The notes under the pieces: model-generated | Told to the model about the DNA's origin: nothing | The model's input: only the letters and a program-made list of their open reading frames with translations | Database searches by the model: none | DNA from: Bacillus badius NBRC 15713 | Lineage (GTDB): Bacteria > Bacillota > Bacilli > Bacillales > Domibacillaceae | Length of the DNA stretch: 24,000 bases | Assembly: GCF_001591605.1 (NCBI RefSeq) | Contig: NZ_BCVF01000035.1 | Coordinates: 8,024-32,023 of the forward strand | Reading direction: 5' to 3' | Shown here: in pieces, positions 1 through 10,188 of the stretch | Layout: every line of letters starts with the position of its first letter | Position numbering within the stretch: position 1 is the stretch's first letter | Translations under genes and position numbers: made by a program

Positions 1-34
1 ATGAACTTGAAGGAGCTTGGAAAGGAGCGATCCC

Positions 35-1456
35 ATGCTTGCTGAAGTCAGAGGCTTAAATGAAGAATGCGGCGTATTTGGCATATGGGGACACGAGGAT
101 GCGGCACAGATTACGTATTACGGCCTGCAGAGCCTGCAGCATCGCGGCCAAGAAGGAGCCGGAATCGTGGCGACAGACGGCAAACACCTGCACGGCGTCA
201 AGGGTGAAGGGCTTGTAACAGAGGTCTTTACTCAGAAGAAGGTCCAAGAATTGCCTGGCTTCGGTGCCATTGGCCATGTAAGGTACACAACAGCAGGGGG
301 CGGCGGATATGAAAATGTTCAGCCGCTGCTGTTTCACTCACAATCCGGGAGCCTTGCACTGGCGCATAACGGAAATTTAATTAATGCTACCTCGCTAAAA
401 CACCAGCTGGAGGGGCAAGGGAGCATTTTTCAAACGACCTCGGATACCGAAGTGCTGGCGCATTTAATTCGCCGCGGAGGCTTCGGCACGATGAAAGATC
501 AGGTAAAGCATGCTTTATCCATGCTGAAGGGCGCTTATGCGTTTCTAATCATGACAGAACATGAATTAATGGTGGCGCTTGATCCAAATGGTTTGCGTCC
601 ATTATCGATTGGCCAGCTTGGGGAGGCCTTTTGTGTTGCTTCTGAAACATGCGCGTTTGATATCGTCGGCGCAAAATTTATCCGCGATGTGGAGCCGGGT
701 GAGCTTCTGATTATTAATAAAGACGGTGTGCGCTCTGAACGCTTCTCCATGGCAACAAACCAGTCCATCTGTACGATGGAGTACGTTTATTTTTCCCGCC
801 CTGACAGTGACATTCACGGAATTAATGTGCACAGCGCGCGGAAACGCTCAGGCATTCAGCTGGCGAAAGAAATGAACATTGAAGCCGACGTGGTTACTGG
901 CGTGCCGGATTCCAGCATTTCAGCTGCCATTGGCTTTGCGGAAGCAACGGGCATTCCGTATGAAATGGGGTTAATTAAAAATCGGTACGTTGGCCGGACA
1001 TTTATCCAGCCTTCCCAATCCTTGCGCGAACAGGGAGTGAAAATGAAGCTTTCGCCGGTTCGCGGTGTGGTGGAAGGAAAGCGTGTCGTGATGGTGGATG
1101 ATTCTATCGTTCGTGGCACGACAAGCCGACGGATTGTCAAAATGCTGAAGGATGCCGGGGCATTGGAAGTGCATGTGTGCATTACCTCACCTCCGATTAA
1201 AAATCCTTGTTACTATGGCATTGACACTTCGACAAGAGAAGAATTGATTTCGGCAAGCCACTCGGTAGAAGAATTGAGACAAGCAATTGGTGCAGATTCT
1301 TTAACCTTTTTAAGTGTGGAAGGCTTGATTGAAGCGATTGGCCATGAAAAGCAAAATAGCCATTGCGGCCAATGTCTTGCCTGCTTTACAGGCGAGTATC
1401 CGACAGAGATTTTGCCGGATACTATGCATCCGCATGATAAAGAACTGATGTGTTAA
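35..1456 (+). CDS. purF: amidophosphoribosyltransferase (glutamine-PRPP amidotransferase)
   Basis: Translation MLAEVRGLNEECGVFGIWGH... matches the B. subtilis PurF N-terminus, an 11-residue propeptide ahead of the nucleophile Cys. The C-terminal CGQCLACFTGEYP looks like the Fe-S ligand region. ATG at 35 has an AAAGGAG RBS at 21-27, so it is preferred over the TTG at 17 in the ORF track. First gene of a purF-M-N-H-D run. Confidence 0.95.
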   Translation: MLAEVRGLNEECGVFGIWGHEDAAQITYYGLQSLQHRGQEGAGIVATDGKHLHGVKGEGLVTEVFTQKKVQELPGFGAIGHVRYTTAGGGGYENVQPLLFHSQSGSLALAHNGNLINATSLKHQLEGQGSIFQTTSDTEVLAHLIRRGGFGTMKDQVKHALSMLKGAYAFLIMTEHELMVALDPNGLRPLSIGQLGEAFCVASETCAFDIVGAKFIRDVEPGELLIINKDGVRSERFSMATNQSICTMEYVYFSRPDSDIHGINVHSARKRSGIQLAKEMNIEADVVTGVPDSSISAAIGFAEATGIPYEMGLIKNRYVGRTFIQPSQSLREQGVKMKLSPVRGVVEGKRVVMVDDSIVRGTTSRRIVKMLKDAGALEVHVCITSPPIKNPCYYGIDTSTREELISASHSVEELRQAIGADSLTFLSVEGLIEAIGHEKQNSHCGQCLACFTGEYPTEILPDTMHPHDKELMC

Positions 1457-1510
1457 TGAAGGAAAACTGGCTGTTCATGCAGTTAAGAGGAGATAAGGGG
1501 GACCTACGAA

Positions 1511-2539
1511 ATGGCAAAGTCGTATGAAGCGGCAGGAGTAAACATTGAAGCGGGCTATGAAGCGGTGGAACGGATGAAGAAGCATGTAAAGCGGACGAAT
1601 CGCGCCGGTGTGATGGGGACATTGGGCAGTTTTGGCGGTATGTTCGACTTGTCTGCTGCGGGTGTAAAAGAACCGGTATTAGTATCCGGCACAGATGGGG
1701 TTGGCACGAAATTAAAGCTCGCTTTTATGATGGACCGGCATGATACGATCGGCATTGATTGCGTGGCAATGTGCGTGAACGATGTAATTGTCCAAGGAGC
1801 AGAACCGCTTTACTTCCTTGATTACATTGCCTGCGGCCAGGCTTTGCCGGAAAAGATCGAGCAAATCGTCAAGGGAGTGGCCGATGGCTGCGAACAGGCA
1901 GGCTGTGCTTTAGTCGGCGGAGAAACGGCCGAAATGCCCGGTATGTACAACGATGGTGAGTATGATATCGCTGGTTTTACCACAGGGGTTGCTGAAAAAA
2001 GCAAGATAATTACAGGAGAGACCATTGAAGCAGGCGATGTGCTTATTGGATTGCCTTCAAGCGGTGTACACAGCAACGGGTTTTCTCTTGTGCGCAAAAT
2101 CTTTTTCGAACAGCACGGCCTTAAACCGGATGCGGAGCTTGAAGAACTGTCAGCGCCTCTTGGAGACGTGCTGTTGACACCGACAAAAATTTATGTGAAG
2201 CCAGTGCTTGAAGTATTAAAGCAAATGGAAGTGAAAGGCATGGCTCACATAACGGGCGGCGGATTTGTCGAAAACGTTCCGCGTGCGCTGCCTGAAGGCT
2301 TAGGAGCCGTTATTACAGAAGGCACCTGGGAAGTTCCGGAGATCTTTGAAGCATTGAAGGTATACGGCGAGCTTGATACGAAAGAAATGTACAATATTTT
2401 CAATATGGGCATCGGATTAGTGATGATCGTGTCCGCGGAAGAAGAGGAACAGGCGAAGCAGCTGATTGCTAAAGCAGGGGAGAAAGCTTATACAATCGGC
2501 CGGGTCATCTCAGGCGAAGGGGTTCAATTCGAGTCATGA
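1511..2539 (+). CDS. purM: phosphoribosylformylglycinamidine cyclo-ligase (AIR synthetase)
   Basis: 342 aa. The N-terminus [19 protein letters not shown] is typical of PurM. GGGGGA RBS upstream. Located between purF and purN. Confidence 0.95.
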   Translation: MAKSYEAAGVNIEAGYEAVERMKKHVKRTNRAGVMGTLGSFGGMFDLSAAGVKEPVLVSGTDGVGTKLKLAFMMDRHDTIGIDCVAMCVNDVIVQGAEPLYFLDYIACGQALPEKIEQIVKGVADGCEQAGCALVGGETAEMPGMYNDGEYDIAGFTTGVAEKSKIITGETIEAGDVLIGLPSSGVHSNGFSLVRKIFFEQHGLKPDAELEELSAPLGDVLLTPTKIYVKPVLEVLKQMEVKGMAHITGGGFVENVPRALPEGLGAVITEGTWEVPEIFEALKVYGELDTKEMYNIFNMGIGLVMIVSAEEEEQAKQLIAKAGEKAYTIGRVISGEGVQFES

Positions 2540-3141
2540 AAAAAGGGGAAAAAGGCAGCATCGCTTTATTTGCATCCGGAAGCGGGAGCAATTTTCAAGC
2601 GATTGCAGAAGCCGTTCAACAAGGGGAAATTCCAGCTCATATTGCTTTGTTAGTTTGTGATCAGCCAGATGCTTATGTCATCAAACGTGCGGAACAATTG
2701 AATATTCCAGTGTTTTCATTTCGGGCAAAGGACTATAGCTCTAAGGCAGAATTTGAACAAGAGATAGTAGGCAGGCTTCGGGAAGCGGGGGTTGACTTTG
2801 TTTTTCTAGCAGGATATATGCGGTTGATTGGAGAAACGCTTTTAGATGCGTACCGCGGAAAAATCGTCAATATCCATCCTTCCCTGCTGCCTGCTTTTCC
2901 AGGGAAAGACGCCATTGGCCAGGCATTTAACGCCCGGGTAAAGATTGCCGGAGTAACGGTTCACTTTGTAGACGAAGGAATGGATACAGGTCCGATTATT
3001 GATCAAGAAAGTGTTCGGATGGCAGAAGACGAAACACGGGAATCATTGCAGAAAAAAATTCAGGAAGTAGAACACCAGCTGTATCCGCGGGTAATTAAAA
3101 AACTTCTAACTGGAGCAGCTATGGAGGGAATAACAGAATGA
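2536..3141 (+). CDS. purN: phosphoribosylglycinamide formyltransferase
   Basis: 201 aa with [12 protein letters not shown] and [12 protein letters not shown] motifs of GAR transformylase. ATGA start/stop overlap with purM (2536-2539) suggests translational coupling. Confidence 0.93.
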   Translation: MKKGEKGSIALFASGSGSNFQAIAEAVQQGEIPAHIALLVCDQPDAYVIKRAEQLNIPVFSFRAKDYSSKAEFEQEIVGRLREAGVDFVFLAGYMRLIGETLLDAYRGKIVNIHPSLLPAFPGKDAIGQAFNARVKIAGVTVHFVDEGMDTGPIIDQESVRMAEDETRESLQKKIQEVEHQLYPRVIKKLLTGAAMEGITE

Positions 3142-4673
3142 AAAAACGCGCTTTACTGAGTGTATCAGACAAAACAGGCATTGTAGATTTAGCGAAAGAG
3201 CTAATCGCTTTGGATTTTGAGATTATTTCTACAGGCGGTACAAAAAAGATGATCGAAGAGGCAGGATTGCCGGTGATGAGCGTGAGCGACGTGACCGGGT
3301 TTCCGGAAATTCTTGAAGGCCGTGTGAAAACGTTAAACCCATTTATCCATGGCGGCCTTTTAGCAAAAAGAGGCGAAGCGGATCATGCAAGACAGCTTGA
3401 GGAACAAAAGATTGCTCCAATCCATTTAGTTTGCGTTAACTTATATCCATTCCAGCAAACGATTGCCAAACCGGATGTAACTGTAGACGATGCGATTGAA
3501 AATATTGATATCGGCGGTCCGGCTATGCTGCGCGCTTCCGCTAAGAACCATGAGTATGTGACCGTTATTGTAGATTCAGCAGACTATGAGACCGTGCTGG
3601 CTGAACTGAAATCCACGGGGGACACAACAAAAGAGACGAGAAGAAAACTGGCAGCGAAGGTATTTCGCCATACGGCCGCCTATGACGCCATGATTGCCGG
3701 CTATATGACAGGGTTGACAGGCGAACAGCAGCCAGAAAAAATGACATTTACATATGAATTAAAGCAGCCGCTTCGTTACGGAGAAAACCCTCATCAACAA
3801 GCTGCTTTTTATGAGCAGCCGCTTGGTTCTGCCTTTTCGGTGGCCCGCGCTAAACAGCTGCATGGGAAGGAACTTTCCTACAATAATATTCGTGATGCAG
3901 ATGCCGCTTTGCAAATTGTGAAGGAGTTCGCTGAACCAGCAGCGGTAGCGGTGAAGCATATGAACCCATGCGGTGTTGGAGCAGGAAAAACTATTCAAGA
4001 AGCGTATGAGCGAGCGTATGAGGCAGATCCGACTTCTATCTTTGGAGGAATCGTTGCTTTAAATCGCCCTGTAGACGAGGCATTGGCTGAAAAACTGCAT
4101 GAGATCTTCTTGGAGATTATTATTGCACCGGAATTTACAGACGAAGCACTTGCTGTTTTAACGGCAAAGAAAAACCTTCGGCTGTTAACCTTGCCATTCG
4201 ATAAAGGCAATGATAATGAGAAAGTATTAACCTCTGTAGAGGGCGGCCTGCTCGTTCAAGATTTGGATCTTCATTCGCTAAATGAGGCTGATCTTCGTGT
4301 TGTAACAAAACGAGAACCGACAGAAGAGGAATGGGCAGCTCTTAAGCTGGGCTGGAAAGTTGTCAAGCATGTTAAGTCGAATGCCATCGTTGTGACAGAC
4401 GATAAAATGACGCTTGGTGTTGGAGCGGGACAAATGAACCGTGTTGGCGCTGCCAAAATCGCTCTTGAACAAGCAGGAGACAAGGCAAAGGGTGCGGCTC
4501 TTGCTTCGGATGCTTTCTTCCCGATGAGCGATACAGTGGAAACAGCGGCTAAAGCGGGCATTACAGCGATTATTCAGCCAGGCGGGTCTATTAAAGATGA
4601 AGATTCAATTAAAAAAGCAGATGAATACGGCATTGCGATGGTTATGACCGGCATTAGACATTTTAAACATTAA
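3138..4673 (+). CDS. purH: bifunctional AICAR formyltransferase / IMP cyclohydrolase
   Basis: 511 aa with [13 protein letters not shown] and [14 protein letters not shown] (MGS-like IMPCH domain), then an AICARFT domain ending ...[15 protein letters not shown] overlap with purN at 3138-3141. Confidence 0.95.
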   Translation: MKKRALLSVSDKTGIVDLAKELIALDFEIISTGGTKKMIEEAGLPVMSVSDVTGFPEILEGRVKTLNPFIHGGLLAKRGEADHARQLEEQKIAPIHLVCVNLYPFQQTIAKPDVTVDDAIENIDIGGPAMLRASAKNHEYVTVIVDSADYETVLAELKSTGDTTKETRRKLAAKVFRHTAAYDAMIAGYMTGLTGEQQPEKMTFTYELKQPLRYGENPHQQAAFYEQPLGSAFSVARAKQLHGKELSYNNIRDADAALQIVKEFAEPAAVAVKHMNPCGVGAGKTIQEAYERAYEADPTSIFGGIVALNRPVDEALAEKLHEIFLEIIIAPEFTDEALAVLTAKKNLRLLTLPFDKGNDNEKVLTSVEGGLLVQDLDLHSLNEADLRVVTKREPTEEEWAALKLGWKVVKHVKSNAIVVTDDKMTLGVGAGQMNRVGAAKIALEQAGDKAKGAALASDAFFPMSDTVETAAKAGITAIIQPGGSIKDEDSIKKADEYGIAMVMTGIRHFKH

Positions 4674-4693
4674 TCGAGCAGGGAGGAACACAA

Positions 4694-5968
4694 ATGAACG
4701 TTCTTGTTGTTGGCCGCGGAGGAAGAGAACATGCGATTTGCAAAAAGCTTTCGGAAAGTCCGCAAGTGCAGACAGTTTTTTGTGCCCCTGGAAATGCGGG
4801 CATCGCCCAGGATGCAGAAATCGTGGAGATTGATGAAATGGATTTTGCCGCACTGAGCGAATTTGCTGTGAACCAAAATGTTGCTCTTACCGTAGTCGGC
4901 CCTGAAAATCCGCTTTCTGCCGGAATCGTCGATTACTTTCAAGAAAAAGGATTAAAGGTGTACGGGCCGGATAAGGCAGCGGCAGAGCTTGAAGGCAGTA
5001 AATCGTTTGCTAAGATGATGATGGAAAAATACAGCATTCCTACTGCCCGTTATGCTGCATTTGACAATTACCAAGAAGCAAAAGCTTATATTGAGGAGCA
5101 GGGAGCGCCGATTGTGCTGAAAGCAGATGGGCTGGCCGCTGGGAAAGGCGTGACTGTTGCTTTGACGCTGGAAGAAGCACTGTCCGCTCTTGAAGAGATG
5201 ATGGTAGCCAAAAAATTTGGAGAAGCTTCTTCGAAGTTGGTGATTGAGCAATATCTCGAAGGAGAAGAATTTTCCTTAATGGCGTTTGTTCACGGAGAGA
5301 ACGTCTATCCAATGCAAGCAGCCCAAGACCATAAGCGGGCTTTTGATAATGATGAAGGGCCGAACACAGGCGGCATGGGGGCTTATTCACCGATTCCCCA
5401 CATTTCTGCTGATGTGATTGAGCAGTCTGTTCAGGACATTCTGCTGCCGATTGCCAGAGGAATGGCAGCGGAGGGGCGTCCATTTACCGGTATTATTTTT
5501 GCTGGTCTTATGCTGACAAAAGAGGGACCGAAAACGATTGAATTTAATGCCCGTTTCGGCGACCCGGAAACGCAAGTGGTGCTGCCGCGCCTTCAGTCCG
5601 ATCTTCTCCAAGTTTTCCTTGATGTGCTTGATGGCAAAGATCCGGAGCTTAAATGGAAGGATGACGCCGTGCTTGGCGTTGTGCTTGCGGCAGACGGCTA
5701 TCCCGAAAGCTACGAAAAAGGCCATCCTATTAAAGGGCTTGAAAACATTGATCCTTCCGCTGTGTTGCATGCCGGAACATTCAAGGACGAAGCCGGTTTG
5801 GTTTGTGCGAATGGGGGACGGGTGCTGCTTGTGACCGGCATTGCCCCTTCCATTCATGAATCGAGACAAGAAGCCTATAAAAAAATAGCGAAGATTGAAA
5901 CAGATCACTTCTTCTACAGAAAAGACATTGGAAGCCGCGCAATTGCGAGCGCCCAATCAGCAAATTAA
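4694..5968 (+). CDS. purD: phosphoribosylamine--glycine ligase (GAR synthetase)
   Basis: 424 aa. MNVLVVGRGGREHAI N-terminus and an ATP-grasp region. GGGAGG RBS 8 nt upstream. Last gene of the pur operon, followed by a terminator. Confidence 0.95.
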   Translation: MNVLVVGRGGREHAICKKLSESPQVQTVFCAPGNAGIAQDAEIVEIDEMDFAALSEFAVNQNVALTVVGPENPLSAGIVDYFQEKGLKVYGPDKAAAELEGSKSFAKMMMEKYSIPTARYAAFDNYQEAKAYIEEQGAPIVLKADGLAAGKGVTVALTLEEALSALEEMMVAKKFGEASSKLVIEQYLEGEEFSLMAFVHGENVYPMQAAQDHKRAFDNDEGPNTGGMGAYSPIPHISADVIEQSVQDILLPIARGMAAEGRPFTGIIFAGLMLTKEGPKTIEFNARFGDPETQVVLPRLQSDLLQVFLDVLDGKDPELKWKDDAVLGVVLAADGYPESYEKGHPIKGLENIDPSAVLHAGTFKDEAGLVCANGGRVLLVTGIAPSIHESRQEAYKKIAKIETDHFFYRKDIGSRAIASAQSAN

Positions 5969-5972
5969 AAAT

Positions 5973-5999
5973 AAGGCCGCAGTGCGCGGCCTTATTTTT
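5973..5999 (+). terminator. rho-independent terminator of the pur operon
   Basis: AAGGCCGC (5973-5980) pairs perfectly with GCGGCCTT (5986-5993) around a 5-nt loop, followed by ATTTTT. Begins 5 nt after the purD stop. Confidence 0.85.
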
Positions 6000-6105
6000 C
6001 GCTATATCACAATGGATGTTTGTGAAAGGCTCCGCTTGGGAAGGAATAATCATGACTGGGCCAAGAAAGCTCAGCCATGATTATTGAAGTGAAAGGCGGA
6101 ATGAC

Positions 6106-6489
6106 ATGTTTCATTATACAAAGAAAGTTTCTCTTCCTTTAGAAGAAGCTATTGTCCAATTAGAAGAGGCTTTGACAGGCGAAACGTTCGGCGTGCTTTG
6201 GCAACTTGATATTCAGAAGAAACTGCAGGAAAAAGGCGTGGGTTTTGACAAAAAGTTTATCATATTAGAAGTATGCAATCCGCAGGAGGCAAAAAAGGTG
6301 CTGGAAGAGGAAAACTTGGCCGGTTACTTTTTGCCATGCAAAATTGTTGCGTATGAAGAAAACGGACAGACGAAAATTGGAATGCCAAAGCCGACGACAC
6401 TTATTTCCATGCTCGAAAATGACAAGCTCAAAGAAGTGGCTCAAGGGATCGAAAATAGATTGATCGGCTGTATTGATGCTGTTGAATAA
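6106..6489 (+). CDS. DUF302 domain protein (function unknown)
   Basis: 127 aa. The pattern ...FGVLWQLDIQKKLQEKGVGFDKKFIILEVCNPQEAKKVLE...LPCKIVAYEENGQTKIG resembles the DUF302 family as I recall it. RBS GAAAGG upstream of ATG 6106. Confidence 0.7.
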   Translation: MFHYTKKVSLPLEEAIVQLEEALTGETFGVLWQLDIQKKLQEKGVGFDKKFIILEVCNPQEAKKVLEEENLAGYFLPCKIVAYEENGQTKIGMPKPTTLISMLENDKLKEVAQGIENRLIGCIDAVE

Positions 6490-6555
6490 AAAGAAGAGCG
6501 ACCCGTCTTCTCAGGAGCTATTTACAACTCTATGAATGAAAAGTGAATGCTGATG

Positions 6556-6594
6556 GAAAACAGACTCGACAAGCTTCCGGGTCTGTTTTCTTTT
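6556..6594 (+). terminator. rho-independent terminator downstream of the DUF302 gene
   Basis: GAAAACAGAC (6556-6565) pairs with GTCTGTTTTC (6581-6590). The stem extends about 3 bp inward and is followed by TTTT. Confidence 0.75.
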
Positions 6595-6714
6595 GCTCTA
6601 TTCACGAGCAAAAACACAAACAAGCAAGAGTCATATTTAAAGGAGAAATATAATAGTAAATGGTATGCGCATTTTTTCACATATTGTTCAAAAAAAATAT
6701 AATTCTTTAATGCT

Positions 6715-6735
6715 TTAACATATAGAATATGTTAA
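6715..6735. promoter_or_regulatory. perfect 9-bp inverted repeat (candidate operator or 5'-UTR hairpin) upstream of yerA
   Basis: TTAACATAT-AGA-ATATGTTAA, 60 nt upstream of ATG 6795. It overlaps a possible TGnTAAGAT extended -10 (6730-6738) and lies downstream of a TATAAT at 6698-6703. Confidence 0.3.
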
Positions 6736-6794
6736 GATGACACTAATCTAAAATACGGGATGATTGCTTCCTTTCAGGAGGGGTGTTTAGATAG

Positions 6795-8531
6795 ATGTTA
6801 GAACAGAGACATCAATGGAAAAACAAACAATTAAGAGAACATGTAGCAGTGATAAACGGTGACCTTTCTCCTACTCTTGTATTAAAGAATGCCCGCTTTT
6901 TGCATTCTGTGCTTAATCAGTGGATGACAGCTAATATATGGGTATATGAAGACCGGATTGTTTACGTGGGAGAAGAGATGCCGGAGAATCATAGAGGCGA
7001 AATATATGATTGCAGTGGAAAAACACTCGTTCCAGGTTATATTGAACCGCATGTGCATCCATTTTTGCTTTATAATCCGCAAAGTTTTGCCGAATATGCT
7101 GCGAAAACTGGTACAACGACATCTATCAATGATAACCTTATGTTGTTTTTGGCGTTAGAAGAAAAGAAAGCGTTTTCTTTGCTGGAGGAATTTCGCTCGC
7201 TGCCTGTCAGCATGTACTGGTGGTGCCGGTATGACGGACAGACTGAGCTGGAGAATGAAGAAGAAGTCGTTTCCAACGCAGCTGTGAAGTCATGGATTGA
7301 ACATGATGCAGTCGTGCAGGGAGGCGAGTTGACCGGCTGGCCGAAGCTGTTGGGCGGCGATGAAATGATGCTTCACTGGATTCAGGAAACGAAGCGGCTC
7401 CGCAAGAGAATTGAAGGCCATTTTCCGGGGGCTTCCGAGAAGACATTAACAAAGATGGCTTTGCTTGGAGCAGACAGCGACCATGAATCTATGAGCGGAC
7501 AGGATATTTATAAGCGGCTGATGGCTGGATATATGGTTTCCCTGCGTCACTCATCGATTCGCCCGGATCTGGAAGTGCTGCTTCAGGATATGAAGGATAT
7601 GGGCTTGAATCAATATGACATGATGATGTTCACAACAGATGGCGCAAGCCCTTCGTTCTATAGAGAGGGCATACTAGACTGGATGATTGCTAAGGCTATA
7701 GAATATGGCATTCCGCCTATCAGTGCTTATCATATGGCCAGCTATAACGTTGCCAGATATTATCGCATGGATCATTTGCATGGCATGATTGCGCCGGGCC
7801 GGATCGCTAACATTAATATTTTGCAAGACGAGTTTCATCCTTCACCGGTTTCTGTGCTGTCGAGAGGACAATGGATGAAGAAAGAAAAAGAAACCTTATC
7901 CTTTCCAGAGATCCAGTGGGAAAAATTTGGATTTGGGCCGCTGAAATTGGATTATAGCCTGAAAGAAGAAGATTTGCAATTCTCCATGCCCTTTGGCATA
8001 GAGCTTGTCAATAATGTGATTACTAAGCCGTACTCTCTTGAAAGGGATATGTCAGCGGAGGAAATAGCGACTACAGACGATGAAAGTTTCCTGGTGCTGC
8101 TCGACCGCCAAGGAAAGTGGCGGGTGAACACAACTCTTAAAGGGTTTACTTCCAAGGTGGAAGGGCTTGCCTCTTCTTTCTCCAACACAGGGGACATTCT
8201 TCTGATTGGAAAATGCAAGCGGGAGATGGAACGTGCGTTTAACCGGATGAAGGAAATCGGCGGCGGCATTGTCTTAGCGGAAGGGGAAAAAGTCATTTAT
8301 GAAATTCCGCTCGCGCTTTCAGGTATTATGTCGACGAAGCCTTTTGAGGAAATTATGGATAAAGAGGAAAAGCTGAAGGAACTGTTGACGGAACGGGGCT
8401 ACTTATATAACGATCCGCTGTATACATTGTTATTTTTGTCATCGACGCATCTGCCGTATATTCGCATTACTCCGCGAGGAATGTATGACGTGATGAAGAA
8501 AACGGTACTCTTTCCGACAATAATGCGTTAA
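6795..8531 (+). CDS. yerA: adenine deaminase family amidohydrolase (YerA-like)
   Basis: 578 aa. Amidohydrolase metal-binding HxH motif (GYIEPHVHPF). The size and position downstream of purD and directly upstream of yerB/yerC match B. subtilis yerA as I recall it. AGGAGGGG RBS at 6776-6783. Confidence 0.8.
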   Translation: MLEQRHQWKNKQLREHVAVINGDLSPTLVLKNARFLHSVLNQWMTANIWVYEDRIVYVGEEMPENHRGEIYDCSGKTLVPGYIEPHVHPFLLYNPQSFAEYAAKTGTTTSINDNLMLFLALEEKKAFSLLEEFRSLPVSMYWWCRYDGQTELENEEEVVSNAAVKSWIEHDAVVQGGELTGWPKLLGGDEMMLHWIQETKRLRKRIEGHFPGASEKTLTKMALLGADSDHESMSGQDIYKRLMAGYMVSLRHSSIRPDLEVLLQDMKDMGLNQYDMMMFTTDGASPSFYREGILDWMIAKAIEYGIPPISAYHMASYNVARYYRMDHLHGMIAPGRIANINILQDEFHPSPVSVLSRGQWMKKEKETLSFPEIQWEKFGFGPLKLDYSLKEEDLQFSMPFGIELVNNVITKPYSLERDMSAEEIATTDDESFLVLLDRQGKWRVNTTLKGFTSKVEGLASSFSNTGDILLIGKCKREMERAFNRMKEIGGGIVLAEGEKVIYEIPLALSGIMSTKPFEEIMDKEEKLKELLTERGYLYNDPLYTLLFLSSTHLPYIRITPRGMYDVMKKTVLFPTIMR

Positions 8532-8570
8532 AATAGTAAAGTATAGAGAAAGATATATGGGAGTTTATGT

Positions 8571-9593
8571 ATGAGAAAATTGACCATACTTGCCTTATTA
8601 ACAGGCGCTTTGCTTATGGGCGGCTGCTGGGGAGAAAAAGAGACGAAAGTAGAAAAAGACAGCGGGCAAGAAGCAAAGGGACAACATTACACGTTTCCGT
8701 TAACGGGGAAACAGACAAACGAACGGCCTGAACAGCGCTCAATTGCTGTTGTCATGAATAATCATCCTCAAGCCCGGCCGCAAACCGGCCTGGCTGAGGC
8801 GGATATTGTCTATGAAGTACTCGTCGAAGGAAACATGACAAGGTTTCTCGCAATTTATCAAAGTGAACAGCCTAAGGAGGCGGGCCCGGTCCGCAGTGCA
8901 CGAGATTACTTTATTGATCTGGCTGAAGGCTATGACAGCTTATTCATTGCTCATGGATACAGTCCGGAGGCAAAAGAGCGGCTATTTAGCGGAGAGGTCG
9001 ATCAAATCAACGGCATTCAGCACGATGGAACGATTTTTGAAAGGGACGCTTCCCGCAAGGCACCGCATAATTCTTATGTTCAATTTGATAAGGTGCAGGA
9101 GAAGGCCGAAGAAAAAGGATACGGGATGGAAGAAATGCCGGACCGGCTAAACTTTCTCAAGTCCTCAGATGCCGTAGCGGATGCCGGACAGAACGCATCG
9201 TCTGTTCAGGTGAATTATTCGACCAAGCCTGCTTTTCAGGTGGAGTATAAATATGATCCGGACAAGAAGAGCTATGAACGGTTTGTTGGGGAAGAACAGC
9301 AATTTGATCGGAAAACAAAAGAAGCAATCAGGGCGAATAATGTATTTATCATTGAGGCCGAACACCGTGTAACAGATGGAGAGGGCCGCCTGGATATTAA
9401 TCTTTCTTCAGGCGGAAATGCCTACCTTCTTCAAAACGGGGTCGTTCACACGGCTGAATGGTCGAATGTGGACGGTCGGATTTTACCTTTTAAAGATGGC
9501 GCACCGATGGGATTTGTGAAAGGGAAAACGTGGATTAACATTATTCCTGCTTCTAAAGGGTTAGATAAGATGGTAGCTTTGAGAAATAACTAA
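8571..9593 (+). CDS. yerB: DUF3048-family lipoprotein (YerB-like)
   Basis: 340 aa. Signal peptide with lipobox LLMGG-C (MRKLTILALLTGALLMGGCW). Position between yerA and yerC matches B. subtilis synteny. Confidence 0.8.
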   Translation: MRKLTILALLTGALLMGGCWGEKETKVEKDSGQEAKGQHYTFPLTGKQTNERPEQRSIAVVMNNHPQARPQTGLAEADIVYEVLVEGNMTRFLAIYQSEQPKEAGPVRSARDYFIDLAEGYDSLFIAHGYSPEAKERLFSGEVDQINGIQHDGTIFERDASRKAPHNSYVQFDKVQEKAEEKGYGMEEMPDRLNFLKSSDAVADAGQNASSVQVNYSTKPAFQVEYKYDPDKKSYERFVGEEQQFDRKTKEAIRANNVFIIEAEHRVTDGEGRLDINLSSGGNAYLLQNGVVHTAEWSNVDGRILPFKDGAPMGFVKGKTWINIIPASKGLDKMVALRNN

Positions 9594-9602
9594 AAAAGGG
9601 GT

Positions 9603-9932
9603 TTGACGCTTAATATGCAAATTGAGAAGCTGCGTGGAAGAGAATTGGACCAATTGTTTGAAGCGGTTCTTTCACTTCGCGATTTAGAAGAATGTTATTT
9701 ATTTTTCGATGATCTTTGCACGGTAAACGAAATTCAGTCTCTGGCTCAGCGTTTAGAAGTAGCCCGCATGCTTAAAGAAGGAAAAACCTATCATAAAATT
9801 GAGAGCGGGACAGGTGCCTCCACTGCTACCATTTCACGGGTCAAACGCTGTCTTAACTACGGAAATGATGCGTATCAGCTTGTTTTGGACCGCTTGAAGG
9901 AAAAGCAGGTCTTAAAAGAACAGCAGCCCTAA
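9603..9932 (+). CDS. yerC: TrpR-like YerC/YecD family DNA-binding protein
   Basis: About 105-109 aa. LCTVNEIQSLAQRLEVARML..GKTYHKIESGTGASTATISRVKRCL is the helix-turn-helix of the TrpR/YerC family. The start is ambiguous between TTG 9603 and ATG 9615. Confidence 0.8.
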   Translation: MTLNMQIEKLRGRELDQLFEAVLSLRDLEECYLFFDDLCTVNEIQSLAQRLEVARMLKEGKTYHKIESGTGASTATISRVKRCLNYGNDAYQLVLDRLKEKQVLKEQQP

Positions 9933-10045
9933 GAGGACTAGCTGTATAAAAGTATAACGTTAATTGTTGATTTCTTGCCTTCAGCGCTTGTTGAAAACAA
10001 AAACTGAAATTAATGCCGTTAATTAACAGAGCTAAAATAGAACAG

Positions 10046-10101
10046 GGTCTGCCCTCCATCGCCTTTATGTACGGATGCGGTGAGGGGCAGACCTTTGTTT
10101 T
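10046..10101 (+). terminator. long hairpin plus T-tract, probable terminator after yerC
   Basis: GGTCTGCCC (10046-10054) pairs with GGGCAGACC (10085-10093). An inner CATC/GATG pairing adds to the stem, and TTTGTTTT follows. Confidence 0.65.
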
Positions 10102-10117
10102 AGCATAGGGAAACAAA

Positions 10118-10126
10118 TGTTATAAT
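10118..10126 (+). promoter_or_regulatory. extended -10 promoter element (TGtTATAAT) for the pcrB-pcrA-ligA-camS operon
   Basis: TG at 10118-10119 and TATAAT at 10121-10126, 63 nt upstream of the pcrB ATG. The -35 is poor (TTTTAG), so this is tentative. Confidence 0.4.
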
Positions 10127-10188
10127 GATGGGGTGCCAATTTGCCGAAGGGCAGCCGGCACAGCCAAAAGAATGGAGGAAATTGCTAG

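Noticed and set aside
17-34. TTG 17 as the purF start (six extra residues MERSDP)
   Set aside because: The AAAGGAG RBS at 21-27 would fall inside the extension. ATG 35 gives the conserved MLAE...C propeptide of PurF.
5387-5956. 189-aa minus-strand ORF (and similar antisense or alternate-frame ORFs such as 5040..5483, 15492..15899, 7952..8296, 8863..9150, 20387..20716)
   Set aside because: All are embedded in confidently identified + strand genes. Their compositions are typical of shadow ORFs (Arg/Ser/Leu-rich) and they have no RBS or family resemblance.
6641-6711. Possible 16-codon leader peptide (ATG 6660, MVCAFFHILFKKNIIL) after AGGAG 6641-6645 upstream of yerA
   Set aside because: The RBS-to-ATG spacing is about 14 nt, which is too long. 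There is no terminator/antiterminator architecture and the peptide has no amino-acid signature. Likely fortuitous in A/T-rich DNA.
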